A DNA stretch of 63,237 nucleotides, filler included, from Octopus bimaculoides (lineage: Eukaryota): NCBI RefSeq assembly GCF_001194135.2. It is 6 parts of 5 records of this genome, joined end to end, with 100 filler letters (N's around TTAATTAATTAA, not from the genome) between each part and the next. Parts side by side here need not be neighbours in the genome. Positions count along the whole stretch, not along the records: positions 1 to 11,958 come from NC_068987.1; 5 more parts are not named here. The stretch is one strand, 5' to 3'. The notes below the pieces were generated by a model that worked only from the letters and a program-made list of their open reading frames with translations, was not told where the DNA came from and did no database searches. How positions within the stretch are numbered: position 1 is the stretch's first letter; each line of letters begins with the position of its first letter. A program made the translations under genes and the position numbers. Below, piece by piece: positions 1 through 12,058 of this stretch.

Positions 1-60
1 TAACATGTCTCTTAGACGCTCACATTAGTTTCAACACACGGTCTCAGATCAAATCACCAG

Positions 61-63
<3 letters not shown>

Positions 64-97
<34 letters not shown>
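64..97. repeat. (GT)n microsatellite
   Basis: Pure TG dinucleotide run. Confidence 0.95.
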
Positions 98-99
<2 letters not shown>

Positions 100-354
100 C
101 AAATCTTCTTTTAAACATATTTCTTATAAACTGCGCTCTAGTTTTAACTTCTTATTTCATTGATTTTTTTTTTTCTTATTTTTCATATTTTCGTATAAGT
201 TCCTTGCAGTTTGTTTGGAGTAGTGAAGTTCCTAAATCTTTAATCAATGTTATAAACTTTCACTGTCTCATTTTTTTTTTTTTTTTGAAAGATGTGATGT
301 TGGCTGCTACCATCTTTATAGGAACCAGAGCCAATTTTATTGGTGACGATATTT

Positions 355-506
355 ATTTCTTTATTGCCCACAAGGGGCTAAACATAGAAGGGACAAACAA
401 GGACCGACAAAGGGATTAAGTCGATTACATCGACCCAGTGTGTAATTGGTACTTATTTAATCGACCCCAAAAGGATTGAAAGGCAAAGTCGACCTCGGTG
501 GAATTT
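355..506 (-). mobile_element. SINE family A, 5'-truncated copy
   Basis: Reverse complement contains AAATTCCACCGAGGTCGACTTTGCCTTTCAATCCTTTTGGGGTCGATTAAATAAGTACCAATT, shared with the copies at 3830-4056, 32833-33210 and 59835-59960. Confidence 0.8.
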
Positions 507-832
507 CTGAAATTTGAATTTTTAGCCGTTACATTAATATAACTTCACCCGAATGTGAGTAGTATATGCTGCCTATATGTCTATTTTAACATTGTGTGTT
601 GTTTACATGTTGTTTATATGTCTATTTTATAATTGTACTGTGTTATGAGTATTGCTTCTGTCGGTCATTGTCTCTTTGTGTAGGAAATTTGATGCATCAA
701 AGGTGTGTCATCTATTAAGGTTTACCTATCTAGTCTTATTTTGTTCTGTATGTTGTGCACGATAAGCCAGTGGGTAGGGGCTATAGTTGTATGGCTAATC
801 TAACAGTTCGATCCGTAAAGTTTGTAACTTTC

Positions 833-1221
833 ATTCTTTTATTCTCTGACTTGTTTCAGTCATTTGACTGCGGTCATGCTGGAGCACTACCTTGGAGGAG
901 GGTTTTAGTCGAAAAAACTCGACCCGGAACTTAATTTTTAAGCCTAGTACTTATTTTATCGGGTTCTTTTTGCCGAATCAATAAGTTACAGGGACGTAAA
1001 CACACCAACACCTGTTGTCAAGAGGTGGGAGACAAACACTGATACAAAGGCACACACGCACATATATACGACAGGTTTCTTTCAGTTTCCGTCTTCCAAA
1101 TTCACTCACAAGGTTTTGGTCAACCCGAGGCTATAGTACAAGACACTTGCCACGCAATGGGACTGAACCTAGAACCATGTGGCGGGGAAGCAAGCTTCTT
1201 ACCTTACCACACAGCCACGCA
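833..1221 (-). mobile_element. SINE family B (tRNA head GGCTGTGTGGTAAG...GGTTC(T)AGTCC), near full length
   Basis: Colinear over about 390 bp with the copy at 33721-34101; tRNA-like A/B boxes, an internal (CA)-rich stretch and the tail CAGTCAAATGACTGAAACAAGT. Confidence 0.85.
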
Positions 1222-1460
1222 TGGGCCTGAGAATTATAAATCGCAGTTATAAGAGTTTTGTTCACAGGTTTACATACTTATATTCTGTTGTTGAAAGGAG
1301 GGTTTTAATTTTAGTATTATTACTGTTAAATAATGGATCCATGCAATGCATTTTCTGTTCTCTCTTGCAAAGTTCTTGATTTTCTGTTTAACTATTCTAT
1401 ATTCCATGTAATCCACCCTATGTGTGGTTGAAAAAACAAAACAATAAAAACAAAAAGGGG

Positions 1461-1688
1461 TAAAGACTCTTGCCAAGTCATATGGACTCATGAGCCTGTT
1501 TCCCCGGTTTTTATAGTGAGTATATTCCCAACCAGGTCCAACACAGGATCACTCATTTTTGCCAGCTGAGTGGACTGGAACAATGTGAAATGAAATACAC
1601 AACGCGTCGATTAATCCAGAAATCGAAACCACAAGCTTGCGATGATGATGATGATGCCAACATTTTACCCACTAAGCCACGCGCCTCC
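1461..1688 (-). mobile_element. SINE family C (head GAGGCGCGTGGCTTAGTGG; core CCAGTCCACTCAGCTGGCAAAAATGAGT)
   Basis: Head and core are shared with 5340-5597, 23850-24082 and 37292-37851; carries a (GAT)n insertion. Confidence 0.8.
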
Positions 1689-2789
1689 TGTGTAGTTTAT
1701 GTATTTTTAATAGATGTGGTGTCCGATGTATTTATTGCGTTTCGATTTGTGTTTATTATATTCTATGGCTTGGTATATCAGTTTATTAGAATCGCTGTTG
1801 TTACTTAGAGCGTGTATTATTCCGCGCATTTCTTCTCGTAGTGCTTTGTTTCCGAAAGAGATTCTGAATGCCCTTCTATCTAAACACTACATAAGATATG
1901 TACTGGCATTTACTTATATCTTTGGCTGTACGTGGATGTAATAGATCGAGCAAAAATATGCCAATAGCGACTTTAGAGTTTTATTAAGGGTGAAAGTAAC
2001 AAGGATTTTGTTCATTGAACTTTTGAAAGTTTCCATTCCATTGGCTGAGATGATTTCAATTGCAGCTTCCAAAATTACTTCCGTATGTTTATAGACATGT
2101 GTCGGAAGCTCCTGTCCATTATATAGGTATGAACATCACATGCAGAGAGGACAAGTGCAAATATCAAAGAACTAGTGCTTATATTACTGTAGTAGCTCTA
2201 CAATAGTCTACAAAAGCTATGTATACTTTGCAGATTACTGTTGTGGCAACAACCTATTTCCTGTAATTTAAGCTGTTGATTTTAATATATTTTTATTATC
2301 AGCTGCTGCTCCATCAACCGATGATGATTTCGTAAATTTTCTTCTCGACCGGTAGCAGTTGGTTGGTACGCAAAACGGACTCTCCATCTAAAATAGACGT
2401 ACTTCATATTTCGGTCTTTTCACTTTGCGGACAGCCACTCTTTCTTTTATTTTTGTGATTTTGTGAGGAACTCAGCGGCCTTTTGCGGTTTTACTACAGT
2501 TAGGGGAGATATATCCACGAGTTATTATATTAATCTAAATTACAAGGAAATTCTGGGCGGTCGAATGTTATAGCAACCAAATTCCCGACAAGATCTACCA
2601 ATAGTCCTAAAAAAGAGAGACGGAGGCATTGCGTAATATAGTCCTAGATATACTATTCCCATTAAAAGTCAGATAAATGCACAGTTTTGTTGTTTTTGAT
2701 CACAGCTCTACTTTCTCATCGACAACCTTTAGCAAACATCCATAAAATAAAGACAACTTAAGATTCTCAAAGTGTAGTTTGATCTATTA

Positions 2790-2943
2790 CCTTTTACTTG
2801 TTTCACTCATGAGACTGCGGCTATGCTGGAGCACCGCCTTGAAGAATTTTTAGTCGAATGTATTGACCCCGGTACTTATTTTTAATTAAAGCCTGATACT
2901 TATTCTATCGTTCTCTTTTGCCGAACCGCAAAGTTACAGGGAC
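2790..2943 (-). mobile_element. SINE family B, 3' part
   Basis: GACTGCGGCTATGCTGGAGCACCGCC...TTTTGCCGAACCGCAAAGTTACAGGGAC matches the family B tail. Confidence 0.8.
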
Positions 2944-3829
2944 AGATTCTTTTTCCTTTGCTAAAACCAATGTTTTGCAATTGTGATGGCTCAAACGTCA
3001 CCTTTGTCAGCCTTTCATCTTGACAACTTGATTGTCTCAAGGACATTTTTTCCCTTTCCGTTGATATTACAGAGGCAAATCACGTCATTTGTATATAAAT
3101 ACATCTCGTTTTTACAGGTCTCAAGAGCATCTATAAAAACAAAGTAGGGGACAGACAAGTATTAAGTAAGACTACAAGATTGACTGGGAAAAGAGACTTT
3201 GACGAAACTTTTGCAGACTAAATCTACGACCATCTTAGCAATTTCCTACATTTCTCCTTGGGTTTCAGCTAGACGAAGAATCTATTATGTCAGACTCAGT
3301 AAGAATTCTATTTTCTTTTTAATGACTAAGTTTATGACACGTTCCTCCTGACTGAGGTCCAGATGATTATTCCACACCTGGCCACCGACTTGATCTACTA
3401 AAAGTAACAGCAAACTCTCACTCAAATTACAGTCTATCAATTAAAAAAAATAACGAAGGATACCTTAGATAATGTAATTCTAAACACATTGTGTTTGAAT
3501 AAAAGATGAGATGGTCATATCCGAAACATTTTTAACCAAAGGTCTAATGGAACATAACTGAACTTAAATGAGATGAAGTACAACAATAAACTTTCCTACT
3601 ATAGGCACAAAGTCTGAAATTTTCAAAGGAGGAGTTTAGTCGGTTACGTTGCCCCCAGTGCTCGTGAGGTACTTATTTCATTGTCTAGGAAACAAAATTA
3701 TAATGACAACAATGCAGTCATTTTTTGATTACCGTCGGTTCACTGCAGAGTTCAGAGCATTTCTCGTAAACAGAGATTCAACTGGGCAATTTCTCAGAGG
3801 TGTTTCTACTCACATCAGCAATATTGATT

Positions 3830-4056
3830 TCGAATTTTGGCACAACGCCAGCATTTTGGGGGAGAGATGTAAGTCAATTGTGTCGACCACAGTTCTCAAC
3901 TGGTACTTATTTTATCGATGATGAAAGGTGAAGTAGAACTCGAAGGAATTTGAACTCGCATGCTAGCGATTCTGCCAGTTTGCACGTGAAGACGGACTTG
4001 AATTGCTCTAAGCATTTTTTTCCCAGCGTGTTCACGATTCTACCAGCTCGCCGCCT
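3830..4056 (-). mobile_element. SINE family A with tRNA-like head
   Basis: Minus strand begins GGCGGCGAGCTGGTAGAATCGTGAACACGCTGGG, then a GAGTTCAAATTCC B box and the family A core. Confidence 0.75.
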
Positions 4057-5214
4057 TTACTCACATCAATAATATTACTTGGTTGTACTTACAAAGAATT
4101 AAACAGATTGGACTGAAAAAAGTCATGTGACTTGTCTACGGATACAGTGTAGTGTTCGTGACGTGATTTGAACTGCTAACTGCTCAGTAAACATGTCAGG
4201 TTTAAATACCAGTGCGCTCTCAGACTGTATATATGTTGCTCGACCTGAAAGAAATAGCAACCAAATTTCTCTTAATTCATATTCAACTGAATTATTACTG
4301 GAAGGAAAATATAGTCCCAGATACCGTCTATCATGGAAAAAGACAAAAACCGGCCGTGATAGTAACTATACACGTGCTGTTGGTGATTTTATTTCCTCTT
4401 TTTGGACTTTTCCCTTTCAGACGAAGAGCTATACTCGAAACATCAAAAAGTCTCTCTTTTTATTGAGCGTCAAGCTAATACATTCCTTGTCTACGTCTTC
4501 TTGTTGTTTGATATTGTTAATTTTATTGTTCGNNNNNNNNNNNNNNNNNNNNNNNNNNNNNNNNNNNNNNNNNNNNNNNNNNNNNNNNNNNNNNNNNNNN
4601 NNNNNNNNNNNNNNNNNNNNNNNNNNNNNNNNNNNNNNNNNNNNNNNNNNNNNNNNNNNNNNNNNNNNNNNNNNNNNNNNNNNNNNNNNNNNNNNNNNNN
4701 NNNNNNNNNNNNNNNNNNNNNNNNNNNNNNNNNNNNNNNNNNNNNNNNNNNNNNNNNNNNNNNNNNNNNNNNNNNNNNNNNNNNNNNNNNNNNNNNNNNN
4801 NNNNNNNNNNNNNNNNNNNNNNNNNNNNNNNNNNNNNNNNNNNNNNNNNNNNNNNNNNNNNNNNNNNNNNNNNNNNNNNNNNNNNNNNNNNNNNNNNNNN
4901 NNNNNNNNNNNNNNNNNNNNNNNNNNNNNNNNNNNNNNNNNNNNNNNNNNNNNNNNNNNNNNNNNNNNNNNNNNNNNNNNNNNNNNNNNNNNNNNNNNNN
5001 NNNNNNNNNNNNNNNNNNNNNNNNNNNNNNNNNNNNNNNNNNNNNNNNNNNNNNNNNNNNNNNNNNNNNNNNNNNNNNNNNNNNNNNNNNNNNNNNNNNN
5101 NNNNNNNNNNNNNNNNNNNNNNNNNNNNNNNNNNNNNNNNNNNNNNNNNNNNNNNNNNNNNNNNNNNNNNNNNNNNNNNNNNNNNNNNNNNNNNNNNNNN
5201 NNNNNNNNNNNNNN

Positions 5215-5259
<45 letters not shown>

Positions 5260-5339
5260 GATCACACACACTCACATAAATATTCAAATCAGGCAAAGTT
5301 CCTTGGGTGATGGTGATGAGGTAGTCTGGAAATGCAACT

Positions 5340-5597
5340 ATTGATTGAAGGTAAAGTTACCTCCTCGAGTCGTCCGACTCACAAGGGCTGGTTTCCTGGT
5401 TTCCATGGCGAATTTATATTCTCCACCGGGTCGGGACGCCGCTCCGTCACAGGATTACTCATTTTCTCCAGCTGAGTGAACTGGAGCAACATGCAAGGAA
5501 ATGTTTTGCTCAAGAATGCGTCACCTGGTCTAGGAATTGAAACCACAATCTTACGATCAATGAGTCCAATACCCTAACCACTAAGCCACGCGCCTCC
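5340..5597 (-). mobile_element. SINE family C
   Basis: Minus strand GGAGGCGCGTGGCTTAGTGGTTAGGGTATTGGACTCATTGATCGTAAGATTGTGGTTTCAATTCC followed by the family C core. Confidence 0.8.
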
Positions 5598-6138
5598 ACA
5601 ATGTAACTATTGCCAAACAAGGCCTCCAATTTGTACTGGACGTAAGAGGAAAGCTGAAAAAGCCATATGCAAAATGGAAGAAGAACTTGAGTACTGCACA
5701 AATTGGCAGGAAAGGCGTGTGTTATCTGCTTAGAAAGCAGTGGTTCACTGTGCAAGGTAGGAAGGGGCTGTAGGATTTCTTCGTAGAAGCTGTTAGAGAG
5801 AAGGATGGAAAAAGCTGGGGTCACGAAGGCAGAGGTGCAGGAGGCTCAGTGTGCATGATTACGTTGGGTCGAAGTGAATCAGAAGCGCATCACATGGAAT
5901 GATCTACTTTAAATGTCAGCAAGGTCAGTCTGAAAGAACGATCTACTCTCACTCTAAGCAGGAGCAATCTGTTTTGTAATTGGTTCTACATCTATTATGT
6001 TGTCATTTCAACTGAATTTTAAAATATGGGGAATTAACACACGCAGGAGGTGCAATTTCTTTAAGTAGTCATGGTGGTAGCCTCTGGATCGGGAATAGTC
6101 TTGCTGTGGAGTGTTTCTCACAGCCTTTATATGGAGCA

Positions 6139-6482
6139 CCAGTTTTCAACCATTTTTCTTTTAACTACGGACCCCTTTGTTATTATACTCTGGTGAACAC
6201 CCATACCTATTTTGATGTTTAAAAACTAGTGTTAGAGATACTTCTTTCAAAATTCCTATTTTATTTTTCACACATTAACTTGTGTACAAGGTTGAACAAT
6301 GGTAGAACATTAAAGAAAGAAACCTCGCTGTTTCTTGCAATAAATATGTCAAAATGAAAAAAATTTCATGGACTCTTAAAATACTATTGTGGATCTTCAA
6401 TTTACTATTTTGCTGGTGTGGACCACCAAAAATATTATATGGGCTACCCAGGAGTCGTATGGACCCCGGTTGAGAACCACGG
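6139..6482. mobile_element. hAT/Charlie-type MITE
   Basis: Degenerate TIRs CAGTTTTCAACC...GGTTGAGAACCACGG. Right flank ATCTAGAG fits the NTCTAGAN target preference known for Charlie elements; the left TSD is not clean. Confidence 0.6.
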
Positions 6483-6717
6483 ATCTAGAGGAACAATCAA
6501 GTACACAGGCAGCTAGCAGATGTTACTTTCAATAAGGTACAAGGGAATAAGAATTAGGAACCACAATAAAAGAAAGGTAATAGATTTGTCAAGGGACAAA
6601 AAAGAAAAAAAAAAAACAGTCAGAACACACGCACGCACACACACACACACACATATACTCTCTCTCTTTCTCCCCCCCCTCTCTCCCAATTGCTGTTTGA
6701 GGGCTGTTAGAAATATC

Positions 6718-6900
6718 AGGTGACTGAGAAGTGTTAGTGGATGAAAAACAGAAGCAGACGATACTGCCCCAGAAGTGTTGAACACGATCCTGAGACCTGA
6801 TCTGATTCTGGCGCAAAGGTTGGCCGGTCGTGCAATCATCATGGAGCTGATTGTAGCATAGGAGATGGAAAGAATGAAGCGAGAATGAGGAAGATGGGAA
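6718..6900 (+). pseudogene. Restriction-like endonuclease (RLE) remnant of a HERO/NeSL-type non-LTR retrotransposon
   Basis: With one frameshift it reads GD*EVLVDEKQKQTILP/PEVLNTILRPDLILAQRLAGRAIIMELIVA*E, matching the W...D...P....T.LRPD..L.......I..EL.V.WE pattern. Confidence 0.5.
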
Positions 6901-7727
6901 AGTAGGCCGAGTTGATGTAAGGGTTCGGGGAAAACTGACGGGTGACTGGCTGGCTGGCTGGCTAGATGGATGGATGGCACGACTGTGGTCGGTAGATGTT
7001 GAGCTTAGGGTATTTACAGAGCTTGCTGATAGGAGGTGGATTTAGGCTTTAGGTGTGCTTGAACTTGAAATGGTATAGTATGGTGGGTGAGACAGATTTT
7101 AATTGCCAGCAAAGTTTTCTCCATGTTAGATTTCCCAATTGCCCACAAATTGGGGAGCAACACGGTGGTAGATCTTAAGTAGGCCATTTCAACGTAGCAT
7201 AACCTGACCAAACAGAAGGGTACATACAGTCATATACTATATAGCATATGCAATTTTGTACGTACAATAACATACATATGTATAAATGCATGCATATATA
7301 TATATGTATATATATGTATGTATATATATATANNNNNNNNNNNNNNNNNNNNNNNNNNNNNNNNNNNNNNNNNNNNNNNNNNNNNNNNNNNNNNNNNNNN
7401 NNNNNNNNNNNNNNNNNNNNNNNNNNNNNNNNNNNNNNNNNNNNNNNNNNNNNNNNNNNNNNNNNNNNNNNNNNNNNNNNNNNNNNNNNNNNNNNNNNNN
7501 NNNNNNNNNNNNNNNNNNNNNNNNNNNNNTATACACACGCATGTTGGTGTATAGCTTAGATCGTTCTACGATGCTCCACTTAACGCTGTGTGGTAAACTA
7601 CTCACCTTTAGGCTTTAGATATGACATCCTAGCTTTCTACTTTCCTTTTCAACTACGTGTTTGAAAGAAGATTGTTGGCGCATCATATTTGGAATTACTT
7701 TCGCACAGTCCAACATAGGCCATGGGC

Positions 7728-9676
7728 TAGTGGGGGGGGGGTCATGGTGCATCACCCTGAGATGGAGGATACCACGCCCACTAGTACAGCTGGAGGCAGA
7801 AAATTAGGAGTATGGAAAATTCAAACAGCTCTAGCTTTACAACTCTTTACCAAAATATTTCAACTGACCACTTAAAATGATTGCCTGGTCAAGATTTGCA
7901 AGTTCATGTAAATGATAAACAAATTTATTCTGTAAAAAAGTCACCAGAGGTCAAAAGGTCACGAATTTTGACCTTTACCTGTAATATCTTGCATTCACAG
8001 GTTTTATTTATCACCAAGGCCATATAACATTTTTTTAAAAAATTAATCAAAATGAAGGTTTGCGTGTGTTTTTTAATACCAGAAGTAAAAAAATAATTGA
8101 AAAGGAGTAGTGTTTATGCTGTAGAATGTGAGATATTTCTGTACATTTGCATACTGTTTTGTATGTATTGCTGAATGTGTCAAATAGAAGTAAGACAAAG
8201 TCTAGCAAGTGGTACTTTGGAACCTTTCCTTGAATCATTGCAAATGACCACAGAAGACGATATTTGAGTTGATCTATAAAATGAAACATCAAATTATGCA
8301 AATATTTTCATCAAAGAGGTTGTTGAAGTCAAAAGTAAGCAAAAGTTGACCCTACCTACATCATAGCAGTTTGTTATACATGGTCGTTATGAAATGTGCC
8401 ATATGATTTTAAATATTGAAACAAATGCCGGCTTGTATAATACTTTCTGTTTCTCAAGTTTCAACCAGATCCATTTCAAGTGTTGCGGCAGTTACCTTCC
8501 TTCCTGGTAGGTATATACACAGAATTAAAACAACGGATGTATGAGTTTGCTTTAAAGTTGAGTTAGAAATCTCAGCTGAGCACCCTACGGATCATTAAAA
8601 TTTGTATTAACACATTTCCAGTAATCATCCATTCTACTTCTTACCTGGTCGTATCTTATTTTCACGACAGTTTCTTTAACTTTGTAATGCACTGGACTTC
8701 GTCCCATCCACATACGCCACATAATTATCAAAGATGACAACATTGTTTGTGAACCATCTATTACATTCATAAGTCATTTCAATTGTTCGATTAATAATCA
8801 TCACCATCGCTTTCAGTATCACTGCCAAGGAAATCACTTTCACTAAGTTTACTGTCACTATCAGGGTCAGAACTTGATGCGCAAGTTTCCTCTTCCAGAA
8901 TATCCACCAAATGACGGCGCATCACTTCACCCTCTGTTAACTTCGGCTTCGTGATTCCAGCTTCCATTGTCCATCTATATCCTTCGTCTGGTCTAGGCAC
9001 TGAAAGTGCTATGATGTAGGTAGGGTCAACTTTTGTTTACTTTTGACTTCAACAACCTCTTTGATGAAAACATTTGCATAATTTGATGTTTCATTTTATA
9101 GATCAACTCAAATGTCATCTTCTGTGGTCATTTGCAACGATTCAAGGAAAGATTCCAAAGTACCATTTGCTAGATTTTGCCTTACATCTATTCGACACAT
9201 TCAGCAATACATACAAAACAGTACATAAAAGTGCAGAAGTATCTCACATTCCACGGGGTAAACACTACTCCTTTTCAATTTTTTTTTACTTCTGGTATTA
9301 AAAAGCACATGTAAACCTTCATTTTGATTGATTTTCAAAAAACGTTATATGGTCTTGGTGATAAATAAAACCCGTGAATGCAAGATATTATAGGTAAAAG
9401 TCAAAGTTCGTGTCTTTTTGACCTCTGGTGACCTTTTTACAGAATAAATTTGTTTATCAATTGCATGTACTTGTAGATCTTGACGAGGCAAGCATTTAAA
9501 GTTGTTTTAATTTTCATACCCCCAATTTCTGCCTCCAGCTGTAAAAGTGGACGTGGTATCTTCCATCCCAGTTTTTTTTTGCTGGCAGCATTAATTTTCT
9601 GACTTGTTAGACTCAGGGCTAGATGAAACTACCCATTAAAGTTAATCACAAGGGTAATGGACCATGACCTCCACTA
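7728..9676. mobile_element. Non-autonomous DNA transposon with ~650-bp TIRs, Academ-like
   Basis: 7728-8368 is the reverse complement of 9007-9676 apart from small indels. Termini are TAGTGG...CCACTA and the spacer holds a transposase-like C-terminal fragment. Confidence 0.7.
8791..9000 (-). pseudogene. C-terminal tip of a transposase (Academ-like)
   Basis: VPRPDEGYRWTMEAGITKPKLTEGEVMRRHLVDILEEE followed by an acidic tail and a stop. It resembles the P.P..G.GW....P.W..G..LP..LVD.L + acidic tail ending that I recall for Academ transposases; not confirmed by search. Confidence 0.5.
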
Positions 9677-9699
9677 GCTTCTTACCACACAGCCACTCC

Positions 9700-10370
9700 T
9701 ATCGGGTAAATATGTATTTATCAGGACTAAGAATTGTTTTACCTACATTAGTCCTAATATTCAAGGATGAAGGGAAATGCGAACCAATGAACTTTTTAGT
9801 GCTATGTTTAGGTTCGGTTCTTGTTTGATACCATCTCTTTAATGCTACAGTTGGTGAGGGCACTATTATAATAGGGGGATGCCTTATCGACTAATTCTTT
9901 AGAAGAAAAGCAATTAGAGATCCTATTATTAAAGGTAGCTATAAGGTTTTATAGATGATAAGGGTGGCAAGACGGTTTGTGTATATACCTAAGATTTTCA
10001 CTTGTTTTATGATATGGCTAGCAAATGTTTAAATCTAGGTCCGAGGAATCACATAAGAAGTTCAAATGTAGTGAGGTTCATGGCCACTGCGATTCACAAA
10101 CCTATACTGCAAAAGATGAAAATGAAGTTTTTCCCCAAAACGTATTTAGTGTATGATCATCACCGCCATGAATGCGCCAAGCCATCATCTTGATATAAAT
10201 CAATGACATGTGAAGGGAACTTGATTTTTAGGATATTTAGCATAAAAAGCCCTACTAATTCACATATGTCAGCACAATCATAGATAGGTCGAACAATATA
10301 TCTGGTTCGAGTTTCTTGAATCCAAGCTGAACATTCATTAATGAGAACCTTTATGTGCATGATCAAGCAT
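9700..10370 (-). pseudogene. Penelope-like (Naiad-type) reverse transcriptase fragment
   Basis: YDCADICELVGLFMLNILKIKFPSHVIDLYQDDGLA, then LIATFNNRISNCFSSKELVDKASPYYNSAL; multiple stops and frameshifts. Confidence 0.8.
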
Positions 10371-11419
10371 GCATGATCAACTGCCTTCTTAACGTTCGGT
10401 CTTGTGTATTTTTTTAATCATTTTTTTCTCATATTTCCTCGTGCATTAACCATGTCATTTGAGCCTCGACAGTTGCTGGATTATGCTCGGTAGACTTGAA
10501 AGGACCGTTCGGTTACCTCAGTATCCGAGCAACAAACTTGAGATAGCTCATGTATAACACCTGTATTCATTAAATGATATTACTCTCTCGCAGGATTGAG
10601 TGTTTTTTCTTGTTAATCCTATAAGCAAGCAAAACGCACTCACTCCCACTAGCATATATGAATGTTTGTGCTTATGTTTTAATCCTATAAACAAGCAAAC
10701 AGCATACAAATAAACTATATTATATATATATATATATNNNNNNNNNNNNNNNNNNNNNNNNNNNNNNNNNNNNNNNNNNNNNNNNNNNNNNNNNNNNNNN
10801 NNNNNNNNNNNNNNNNNNNNNNNNNNNNNNNNNNNNNNNNNNNNNNNNNNNNNNNNNNNNNNNNNNNNNNNNNNNNNNNNNNNNNNNNNNNNNNNNNNNN
10901 NNNNNNNNNNNNNNNNNNNNNNNNNNNNNNNNNNNNNNNNNNNNNNNNNNNNNNNNNNNNNNNNNNNNNNNNNNNNNNNNNNNNNNNNNNNNNNNNNNNN
11001 NNNNNNNNNNNNNNNNNNNNNNNNNNNNNNNNNNNNNNNNNNNNNNNNNNNNNNNNNNNNNNNNNNNNNNNNNNNNNNNNNNNNNNNNNNNNNNNNNNNN
11101 NNNNNNNNNNNNNNNNNNNNNNNNNNNNNNNNNNNNNNNNNNNNNNNNNNNNNNNNNNNNNNNNNNNNNNNNNNNNNNNNNNNNNNNNNNNNNNNNNNNN
11201 NNNNNNNNNNNNNNNNNNNNNNNNNNNNNNNNNNNNNNNNNNNNNNNNNNNNNNNNNNNNNNNNNNNNNNNNNNNNNNNNNNNNNNNNNNNNNNNNNNNN
11301 NNNNNNNNNNNNNNNNNNNNNNNNNNNNNNNNNNNNNNNNNNNNNNNNNNNNNNNNNNNNNNNNNNNNNNNNNNNNNNNNNNNNNNNNNNNNNNNNNNNN
11401 NNNNNNNNNNNNNNNNNNN

Positions 11420-11472
<53 letters not shown>

Positions 11473-11926
11473 ACATATGCATTTATATGCACACATGCAT
11501 CCATATATACATATGCGTGCGTGTGTATGTGTCTATGTGCGTGTGTGTACACGTAAATACAAACAGGCACGCACGTATTTGTATCCATAATCTTTAAAAA
11601 GTATACGCATTAAATTCTACCCTTAATTATATATCTACTTAAGAGCCGGGTGCCGTTGAGAGTTGAGAACTAAACACATTGCCAGTGAAGGAGTACAGTT
11701 CTACCCTCTCTCCACCTGTAATCTACCCCGGCAGCCATCAATTTTGTTATTATATTACAACCATAATTATTCTTGTCTTCATTATCATTTTCCATAGTGT
11801 TATTTCTTCAACTGGGACCCAATTCATTCTAGGTGGGTTTGTATACACATATACAAAGATATATAGACATACATATGTATAGTCTGTGTGTGTGTATTTT
11901 GTGTAGACGTATATATAGATATATAC

Positions 11927-11958
<32 letters not shown>

Positions 11959-12058
11959 NNNNNNNNNNNNNNNNNNNNNNNNNNNNNNNNNNNNNNNNNN
12001 NNTTAATTAATTAANNNNNNNNNNNNNNNNNNNNNNNNNNNNNNNNNNNNNNNNNNNN
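11959..12058. other. Artificial scaffold-joining pad (44 N + TTAATTAATTAA + 44 N)
   Basis: Exact 100-bp structure repeated five times in the window; the 12-mer gives TAA stops in all six frames. Confidence 0.95.

Noticed and set aside
660-3165. Small exon-like segments (about 682-700, 2294-2322 and 3118-3165 LKSIYKNKVGDRQVL)
   Set aside because: Plausible AG/GT boundaries, but short, with no recognisable homology and no consistent reading frame linking them.
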